Shown here: positions 1 to 8,652 of the stretch, piece after piece
Numbering within the stretch: position 1 is the first letter of the stretch
Layout: every line of letters starts with the position of its first letter
Source: Dudresnaya verticillata
Lineage: Eukaryota
Assembly: GCA_977862235.1 (NCBI GenBank)
Contig: OZ374562.1
Span: 2,418,001-2,482,000, forward strand
Direction: 5' to 3'
Length of the DNA: 64,000 nt
Notes under the pieces: generated by a model
Databases searched by the model: none
Told to the model about the DNA's origin: nothing
The model's input: only the letters and a program-made list of their open reading frames with translations
Made by a program: the position numbers and the translations under genes

Positions 1-12
1 CAAATAACGTAC

Positions 13-632
13 CCCCGTGCGCTGGTCGAAGAACCACCGCTTGATGCTTCGCGTGCACGGCCCGCGCCGCGGCTCCAGTTTGCAGCGCACCGCGGGAGGC
101 AGCGGCGTCGGAGAGGGTGGCACGACGGGGACACAGCCAGCGGCGCGGCACTGAGCTCGTGTGGTGAACGGGACGTTCCCTTTGCAGCCCCCCCAGATGA
201 ACTTAGTGCATTTCTGAAAAAAGCAAGAACACGCGGGCAAGGCCCCGTCACGCGGTGGTCAGACACGCCATCGAGAACCAACAACTCCAGCAGCGCGCGC
301 GTTCGGAGCAAGCGCATGGCGAGTGCACGTACGTCTCGGGCGTTGTCGAAGAACCAGCGTATGAAGCGGGCGCGGCACGGTCCGGTTTCCGGGATTTCCG
401 TGCACGCGTCGCAGCGAGCTGACTGGCATGCGGCGAGCGAGGCGAACGGGACGACGCCGGCGCAGCCGCCCCACAGAAAGCGCGCGCACGCACGCGCCGA
501 CGCGTCGTAGTACCAGCGCGGGATGGCCGCCTCGCACGGGCCCGCGTCCGGGCGCAGGCGGCACGCGGCAGGCTGCGCCAGTGACGCGCGCAGCGACGCG
601 AGCAGGAGGAAGAGTATGGATAGACGGGACAT
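13..632 (-). CDS. Secreted multi-domain BPTI/Kunitz-type serine protease inhibitor (partial; exon 1 632-333, exon 2 213-13; continues beyond the window start)
   Basis: Hand translation of the minus strand from ATG at 632: signal-like MSRLSILFLLLASLRASLA, then CRLRPDAGPCEAAIPRWYYDASARACARFLWGGCAGVVPFASLAAC; CTEIPETGPCRARFIRWFFDNARD^KCTKFIWGGCKGNVPFTTRAQC; a Pro-rich linker; CKLEPRRGPCTRSIKRWFFDQRTG^. These show Kunitz Cys spacing and the GPC and F-x-WGGC motifs. Removing the intron restores domain 2 exactly. Confidence 0.92.
214..332 (-). other. Spliceosomal intron (119 nt, phase 0) in the Kunitz gene
   Basis: Minus strand reads GTACGT...CTGAC (branch-point-like)...TTTTTTCAG. A second GTACGT donor starts at position 12, at the equivalent point of domain 3. 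Confidence 0.88.
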
Positions 633-2317
633 GTCGGCGGGGCTTTGTTGCTCCGGCTTGCCTCGGTGGGGAGGTGGAGACGTTTTAGAGACTTTGGGGG
701 CTTGTGTTTGCCTGCGTTTGTCACCTGGTAGGATATTTGTAGGTCGGGGCCGCATTACGGTGATCCGTGCGTGCCCGGTGGCATGTTCTGGCTGTCGCCA
801 GCAACAACGACGATCAAGTGCGTGAAGCCGACGTGAACGAATTCGGGTGCCATTCTGTGGGGTTCGCCAATCAAAACGGAGTCAAGGCGTCGAGTTCAAG
901 CGGTCGCAATGAATTTGCCTTCTGCCAACGCGTTCAAGATAAGATATCAGCGGCACTTCCTGCGCAGCTGCTTCGAGCGCGGGCTCGGACCGCATGCCGT
1001 AGAGCCAACTCAGTTCATGGACTGGTAAGGCTCGGGGGCCGTCGCGCTATTATCGCTACTGTCACAACTGTTGACAAGCACGAGGCCGACGACGCCGAAC
1101 TCAAAGAGGACGTTCTTCGAACGCGGTCACATTGTTCGAAGGCAGCCAGCGACCCACAGCAGCTTGAGTAGAGCGCGACATCGCGAAGCTCGCCAGCATC
1201 GAGAGCATTCAAGACCAAGACTCACTGCTTTCCGCAGTTGACTTTGCAAGAAGCAAAGCACGTCCACACATCGCGCCACGACCGTTCCGCGACGCGCGCG
1301 CAACCCTACCGCTTCGTCCAACGCTTCGTCCAACGCGCAGCGCAGTTACACACAGATTCGCCGACGCGCTCGCCCGCTGTCTGCGCGCCGCGCACTTCTT
1401 CGCCGTGATCGCACAGCAGCGCTTAGCGCAACCAAAGGCTCCAACGCCGACCCGTCCGGCGCGGCACGTCTCGCGGCACGTCGCCGCCGCCCAACACCGC
1501 GCCCGCAGCGCCAGGCGCCTTCGCGCCAGCATCTTGACGCCGCCGCGCGACGGCGGCAGCGTCGCCGCGCCCAGCGCGCGCGCGCGCCAACCGCCATCGC
1601 GCGCGCGCCGGGGCGCAACGGCAGCTCCCGTCGGTCGCAACGCGGCGCTCCGCCACGCCCCGCGCGGCGGTTTTGGTCTTCTCCGCGCTCGCCTCGGCCG
1701 CGCCGGGCGCTGTTGTCCGAACACAGCGCAAAACCGCACGGCGCGCCGCCGCGCCGCGGCTTCATGCGCGCCGCGGCGCGTGCAGCGACCACGGGCAGAG
1801 CAGCGCGTTGATCGCGCGGGTGGCTGCTCCAGCCGCGCTTGCACTCGCGCTTGCACTCGCGGCACGTCGCCGCGGCAGAGACGCAAGGCCGCCCGCGACT
1901 GACTGTCCGCCGTGCTTTGTGTGTAATGTGACGGCAGTGCGCGCTGCGAGCGGCAAATGTGGTGTTGGCGAAGCGCAAAAGTGGGGACCAACCAGCGCGG
2001 TGCATGTGGCGCCGGTTGGACCTCTCCTCACTGCAAAATGGGAGCGAAGCTCTAATGTCTTTATGAGTTGCCTGCCGCAGCCCCGTCTGTCCGCGCCGCA
2101 GGGCCTGCAGCTCCCCGCGCAACCACTTGCACCGCCACTCTGTGCGGAAGCACGGCACGCCTTCCCAACGCGCTCCGCTTTCCGCGTCCACGCTCAAAAG
2201 CCCTTGACCGCTGTGCCGCGGCGACGCAGGCCGCACCACTAGGCATCGGTTCGGAACACCGGTGACCGGCAGCCGCGTGCAACTCGTACTTCCGCTTCTG
2301 CCAACCGACGAGCGGTA

Positions 2318-4528
2318 CTATTTCGCAACCGAGGAGACCGCTTGCGCTCGCCGCCGCAGTACCCCCGACGTGTCCTCGCGGCCAAGCGCCGCTGCAAATT
2401 GCTCTGCTTGGCTCAGCCACACCTCGCCACCGTGCCGATGGGCTTCTCGGTGGCCCCGTTGCAGCAGCTTTTGTGTCTCAACGTCGAATACCAACACTTG
2501 CCCGTTCTCCAGAGCAACGGCCAACTTGCGCCCAGCCACGCTATAATCCCAGCTGCTTTCGCGTCCAAACCGTCCCGGCAATGTAGCAAGGACAGGCCCG
2601 TCCCGTCCGAGGACCACGGTGCGGTCGCAGCTCTTGCAGCGTATGTCAACATCACTCCTGCTGCCTGTTCCCTTCTCCTCCTCCAGCACCCATTTCTCAG
2701 CCACTTGATAGCGCTGCGCATCTCTCACCAGCTGCCCTGTCGTCATATCCCATATGCTTACGCCGCCTTTAGACAGTATGTGCCGCTTCATATCGTCAGA
2801 CGCCGTGCGAAACCGCATTCTGCTTGTCGCGCGAAGGTCCACGCGCTTGCCACTTTCCAGATCCCACACTGCAGCTCTACCCGTGCATTCCGCAGACACG
2901 ACGCGGCGTTCGTCTGGGCTTATCGCCACAAGCTCTATCTCTAGCTGACCTCGAAACGGCTTGCCTACTTGCTTGCCACTTGCCAGGTCCCACACTGCGA
3001 CTTTACCGTCCCGAGCCCCACACACAAGGCGCTGCCCGTCTCGACTTAGCGCCACGCAGCTTACGTTTCCGAAGTCACTCCGCAACGGCTTGCCCGCTGG
3101 CTTGGCTATTTCCATATCCCATACTCGTATCGAGTTGTCCCAGCCCCCAGATACAATGCGGCGCCCGTCAGGGCTCACTGCCATGCAACTTACCGAACCC
3201 GAGTGACCGCGCAACGGCTCGCCCTCTTGCTTGCCGCTTCCCAGATCCCACCCTCTTATCGTCTTGTCCACAGATCCAGACACAATGCGGCGCCCATCAG
3301 GGCTTAATGCTAGGCATTCTACCCCACCGGAGTGTCTCACATATTCACGGATAACAACGCTAGTGTGAATGTCCACCAGCAACAAAGTGCTTCCGACTGC
3401 TGTGACAATTTTCCCCGTCTTATCCGCCGGGGGAACAGCGATTACTGGATCCGGAAAAGGGATTTCAAGTTGTTGTCGCCCCCACGGTGAACTCGAGTTC
3501 ATACTCATTGGTCGGAGACGAGGAGACGGAGCTAACCTCGTGGCCGTTTCGAGATACCGTTGAACAAGAGAGATGGGGACCTTTATGGTAGGGTTGGAAA
3601 GCCATGAATCACGATACCCTTCCATCAGCCTTGAACGCATTTGGAACAAAACCTCCGTTGGCTTCCGAACTACAAACGCCCAACTCTCTTGCGCCGCGCA
3701 TCGCAACATCATGAAGCCTCTCTCAAACTCCGCTTCATCCACTAAACCGCTACATACACAAGCATCTCTCAAGTCGTACATCCCGTCCATCCACTTTGGA
3801 GTGTTCAAAGAATTCTCGCTTGCGCTGCCCAACTGCTGAACACCTTCCATCTTATCTGCAACGTGCTTGCTACGGTCGTCATGCATCGGAAAGTGTTCAG
3901 AGTCCTCGTAGACCCCTTCGTACGCTTGACGTATCCTAGCAATCCCCCTGCTTACCGACTTGAAAGAGACCACTTTCGTACCCTTCACTTCAAGATCTTC
4001 GTAAATGTATTGCGCAACTGCAACAGTGTGCTCGACCAGATGTCTCATAGTATTCGAAAAAGAAGACGGTGATGGTTTCCATCCAGTTGTCTGCGTAGCT
4101 TCTTTCAAAATAGAGCGGGTTTCCTCGATATTACCAACTAGACTTCGGTCACGCTGGCTGGGATCTGCATCACCCGGCGAAGACGACTGTTGATGTCGTT
4201 TCGCTTCTAGCAGCAACTGCGCTGCTCTCTGCTCATCCTTAAGGACACCGACATCGCCGCAAGCAAGCAAAAATGCCAGTTCAGTGCACGCGGTACGGGT
4301 GCTGCCAACTTGTATCGAGTGTTCGAAAAGCTCCTTCGCTCGAGGTGGGTCGCGAAGTTCTCCGAGCTTCTTCGATAGAAAAACCTGACCGAGCCGACTC
4401 ATCCAATGTGGCGGCGCTCTCTCGTTATTGCTGTCGCAGATGCTCTGGAAAGGCTCGGTAGCACCGGGAACGTCTCGTCCGACATTGACGGTGCCAGTTA
4501 ATACCAGTTCAACCAACCCGGTCGCCAC
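2318..4528 (-). pseudogene. 5'-disrupted Sel1-like/helical/WD40 paralog; open for 736 codons from a non-ATG start, probably the 3' part of a pseudogene
   Basis: Nearly identical to the C-terminal half of the 1620-aa ORF but has only about 4 WD40 repeats. It has an 11-aa insertion (SNPTIKVPISL) and has lost the stop after VFDVET (TAA replaced by CAA). The frame breaks upstream at a short duplication near 4536-4560. Confidence 0.75.
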
Positions 4529-5060
4529 GGAAACACTCCATACTCTATACTCCCATACTCGTTCACAGCTTCTTCAAAGAGACCAGTTGCGCGAGACTTG
4601 TCCATCTCGATGTCTCGCCCACCATTTGTGAAGAGCTGCACAAGATCCACTACTGCACGAGCACCAGCACCATCCCCGACAGCGCGGGCGTACAATGAAG
4701 CGGTACGAGTTTCGTCCTTTGCCACATCCTCACCACCGTCCAGCAGAAGCAAGACCGTATAGAGCTTCAACCGATGCGGCTTCAGTAATCGCAGATTCAC
4801 ACAATGCTACAGTGTCAGCCAAGTTCTTCTCCGCCCCGTTTTTCCTATCAGCAAGATATTCAGCAACCTTCGTCTTTGTCGCAGCAACCAAGTCTCCGTA
4901 ACTCTGCCCTAGCACCACTTTCGAATGGTCTAAGACTGTACTCACGATACGATCGAAAACTTGAGGATGTGAACCCGCAAACCCGAAAGAATCATGGAAA
5001 GAATCCAGCGCCAGAGTAGCAATCCCATACACAATCTCCCCGATGTCTGCTTCTGGTTTC
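4529..5060 (-). pseudogene. Frameshifted Sel1-like region, upstream continuation of the 2318-4528 paralog
   Basis: ORF pieces 4498-4800 and 4730-5062 match consecutive parts of the 1620-aa protein in different frames. Homology ends abruptly at about 5060. Confidence 0.85.
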
Positions 5061-6297
5061 AAGGAATCACGGATCGAAGGCTGATTGGAATTGTTACAAC
5101 GCAGCTCGTGGGCAATGTTGGCGTAGCAAAGATGTCCGCATCGGAACTTTCAGCTGGTATTATTGGTGGGCACCCTACAGCACGCGTTGGCGCCGGATTC
5201 AACTCTTCAGTTGCTTCAACGGAAGTATATGACAACCATCACGGGGTTTGCGGGGTACACTTCATAGCCTTTCCAGTGGAGGAAAAGGAGTTGCACAAAT
5301 GGCGCGTTTACGAAGGCCTTGACATGTGTGATACGGCATCTGGTGATGACGAACCGTTTTCTCACATGCAAAAGTGGGCAGACGGCACAGACAACGAACA
5401 TTTTCAAAACCTTTCTGGAGGCGCGGCAGAGTACCAGAACATAGATACTGGTGCGTCATGTGCGACGGAGAACAGCTGCTCGCGGAGAGAAGGAGATGTG
5501 GAGCTTGAGTCTATTGGCAATGACACAGGGTATCCGGGGCATCGTGAGGGGCCAACTGCTTCGCGACGCTATGCTGACATAGGTCTCGATGTTCAGTTCA
5601 GAACAAGGCATGGGTAGATATTGACTTTTCGGAATGGTTGGGCGAAGTATCCTCTTGGCAATGTGGTCTGGCCAGGCGATTATACGAGAGCGGTGATTAT
5701 GTGGGAAGTTGCGAGGCGTGGAGACGTGCGATGCTGAACTTTTCTGCAGACGGATCGTGACGGCAATGATCGGCATTCGGAGTTGTTTGCTTGCGCCTGG
5801 AGAGTGTAAAGATTCAGAGACGGAAGCCAAGTTAGGACCCTGTGTTGAGTTTCTGGAAAAGTTTACAGAGTCGTGCTCAGCGATGTGTGAGCTCTTGTCT
5901 CGTATCAGCATGAAGAGATTCATTGAGAAACCAGCAGTAGACATTGTGGAGATTGTGTATGGGATTGCTACTCTGGTGCTGGATGATTCTTTCGGGTTTG
6001 CGGATTCACACCCTGACATTTTTGATCGCATCGTGAGTACAGTCTTAGACCATTCGAAAGTGGTGCTAGGGCAGAGTTACGGAGACTTGGTTGCTGCGAC
6101 AAAGACGAAGGTTGCTGAATATCTTGCTGATAGGAAAAACGGGGCGGAGAAGAACTTGGCAGGTGCTGTAGCATTGTATGAATCTGCGATTACTGAAACC
6201 GCATCGGTTGAAGCTCTATACGGTCTTGCTTCTGCTGGACGGTGGTGAGGATGTGGCAAAGGACGAAACTCGTCCCGCTTCATTGTACGCCCGCGCT
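5061..6297 (+). pseudogene. Inverted, frameshifted family fragment (C-terminal half of the N-domain through the first Sel1-like repeats)
   Basis: GITDRRLIGIVTTQLVGNV... through ...VEALYGLA match the 1620-aa protein. Frameshifts include one near 5595 (GTTCA duplication) and one near 6228. Confidence 0.87.
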
Positions 6298-6789
6298 GGA
6301 TGGTCCCGAACGGGGGGTGTTGAGGCAAGGAGAAGAGATGAGCTATTCCACGTTGCGGTGGCAGGCGCCACGAGGAACGCTGCAACTTACCCAGAAGCTG
6401 AAGTAGTTGGGCTGGTGAGCAGTGGATGTTAGCGGTATTGTGTTTTGAATGGGTATCGTTTGTTGGTTATGCTTGGCTTTTGGTTCTTGGTAGGACGCAA
6501 GCTCTCCTTTATGTACTACAGAACACAGTACCTCTCTCTCCGTAACTGTAACTATTGTATTACGGGAGAGTTCCTCTCCGCTGAGAAACTAAAATGTGCA
6601 CTGTCCTAAAGTGATAGCCAGCGATGGCTGATGGTAAAGCTGTTCACGGCCTGAGACGTGATCTTGCACTAACACTGAATCCCTGACTGCGGAAGTCTCC
6701 TGCTGTCTTCATTGAGGCGGCACGGGATGACAACTGCACTAGTCGCAGCAAGCGGACAAGGGTTACATTTGATGGCCAACTGTCGGGCA

Positions 6790-6947
6790 TGCATTAACCC
6801 GAAAGAACCATCAAGCGCCAGAGTAGCAATCTCATTCACAATCTCCCCGATGTCTACTTCTGGTTTCTTGATGAATCTATTTATGCTGATATGAGACAAG
6901 AGCTCACATATCGCTGGGCACGACCCTGTAAACGTTTCCAGAAACTA
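6790..6947 (-). pseudogene. Short remnant of the family's helical region (ISINRFIKKPEVDIGEIVNEIATLALD)
   Basis: Matches 11960-12110 of the full-length gene and is fused directly downstream of the 6952-7950 ORF. Confidence 0.75.
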
Positions 6948-6951
6948 GTAT

Positions 6952-7950
6952 CTAGACACTAGTATCTATGTCCTGGTACTCTGCCGCGCCTCCAGAAAGG
7001 TTTTGAAAAAGTGCCTTGTCGGTGCCGTCTGCCCACTTTTGCATGTGAGAAAACGGTTCGTCATCACCAGAAGCCGTATCACACATGTTAAGGCCTTTGT
7101 AAACGCGCCATTTGTGCAGCCCGATTGCCTCAACCGGAAAGACGATGAAGTGTACCCCGCAAACCCCGCGATGGTCGACGTATTCCTCCATTGACGCTTC
7201 TGAAGTGTTCCAACCGGCACCGCCACGTGCTGTTGAGTGACCAGCAGGAAAGCCAGCTGAAAATGTCGATATGGACACGTTTCCCACGAGTTGCGTTGTA
7301 ACAATCGCATTCAAGCTACGACCCGTGGCTCCTCCAAGTTGTGTTCCAATGGCGGCCAAGATCTGCCGCCACAGCGTCTCCGCGTGCTTCCACATCAAGA
7401 ACTTGAGGTCATTCGTCGTCCCGCCAGTGTACCAGCGGGAGAAAAGGTCGCCAATCGTAATCACACGGGATTGCGCAGCTGACTGCGACTGCGTGAAGCC
7501 AGCCCCGGCGCTAACGGCTTTTCCAGAGCGCACCATAAATGCACGGCTTCGGCGTGACTTCTCTGTGGCGATTATCTTGGCAACGTGTATGTTCATAACG
7601 TGGGTGTTCGGAGGGAATGTTTTGGTCTTTTTAAACTCTCTCTGGAATTCAGAGATGACGGCATCGTCCCAAGCTTCCGAACGTGAGGCGAATGCACCAG
7701 AAGCCAAACGGTCGAACATGGTATGCAAATTCAGTCTCGTGCTCTGCAGACTGTGGGTTCGGAGGTTGGGGTGGCAGCGTATGTTGACAACTCGAAAAAG
7801 ATCCAGTTGGTCTTCTGGCACCGGGCGAAACACTGAATAGGCCCTAATATGTTGGTTGAGTATGGAGTGGACGTTGCAGCTCGAGATGGGGCTCTCTCTG
7901 TCGGAAGTCTCAGAAGCGCTCTTCCTGTGTGCTAGCAACCTCTTGATCAT
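6952..7950 (-). CDS. Stand-alone N-terminal (gasdermin-like) domain protein, 332 aa; may be a truncated paralog
   Basis: True ATG at 7950 and an uninterrupted ORF homologous to about aa 5-335 of the 1620-aa protein. It ends DIDTSV* at a deletion junction with a short duplication (ctagtatcta). Confidence 0.6.
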   Translation of the reverse strand: MIKRLLAHRKSASETSDRESPISSCNVHSILNQHIRAYSVFRPVPEDQLDLFRVVNIRCHPNLRTHSLQSTRLNLHTMFDRLASGAFASRSEAWDDAVISEFQREFKKTKTFPPNTHVMNIHVAKIIATEKSRRSRAFMVRSGKAVSAGAGFTQSQSAAQSRVITIGDLFSRWYTGGTTNDLKFLMWKHAETLWRQILAAIGTQLGGATGRSLNAIVTTQLVGNVSISTFSAGFPAGHSTARGGAGWNTSEASMEEYVDHRGVCGVHFIVFPVEAIGLHKWRVYKGLNMCDTASGDDEPFSHMQKWADGTDKALFQNLSGGAAEYQDIDTSV

Positions 7951-8350
7951 TTTGCTCGCAGTAGCAGCGATGGATGAGAAGCGAGCGTTGAGGCTAGGAG
8001 AAGTAGTGATGCGTTCCGCCCCCTTAAGGGGCTTCTCTCTTGTTGTTTAATAAAGGTCTCTCTCTCTCTTATATATTACGGTGGCAGGCGGCGCGAGGAA
8101 GGCGCTGCAGCGTGGGCCGAAGCGCAAGTTGTGCTGATGTGTTCATGGGGATGTTGAAGTGGGTTTTGGTGTTTTCGGCGCGTTACCTCGCGCCTTGAGC
8201 ACAGCAGTGGTCCCGCTTTGGGTCCCGAGCAAGGCTCTAGAGAAAGTGTTCAAGTTGCTTGTGCTTGAACGCCATCATCACGTCTATGTGAGCTTTGGGA
8301 GATGTAAGGGTTGCCACCCTGCCCGAGGGACCGATATGGGCGCGAGGGTT

Positions 8351-8462
8351 GTTATTGGCCCTCGACTAGGCCTTGGGCCAATAACAAGCCGAGAACATAA
8401 GGAAACATTGACTTTGTTTCCTTTTCCGTTATTGGCCCTCGGCTACGACTCGGGCCAATAAC
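8351..8462. repeat. Two direct copies of a stem-loop GTTATTGGCCC-N13-GGGCCAATAAC
   Basis: 8351-8385 and 8428-8462 each have a perfect 11-bp stem with different loops. Both are followed by AAG(C/G)CGAGAACAT and, further on, GGAAACATTG. Confidence 0.85.
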
Positions 8463-8652
8463 AAGGCGAGAACATGCCTGTCGCAAAAAAGGAAACATTG
8501 GCTTGCGAATGGATTTAATAAAAACAATACTTTTTATGGGCGAAGCGCCGAAGCCCTTTCTGAGGGCACGCCACGAGACCTCCAAGCGCCGCGGACCAGC
8601 TGTGATGCGCCACGGGGCCCGAGGCGTTCCCCTTACAACCGTTGCAGCAGCT

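Noticed and set aside
248..724. ORF-track proteins at 248-724 and 259-564
   Set aside because: These are alternative frames of the Kunitz gene. The real frame starts at 632 and is spliced.
767..2265. Several long overlapping ORFs in the GC-rich stretch
   Set aside because: Arg/Ala-rich translations in all frames are expected from very high GC. There is no domain signal or clear gene structure.
3567..3600. 33-nt insertion as an intron
   Set aside because: It has no GT...AG boundaries on the coding strand and is in frame.
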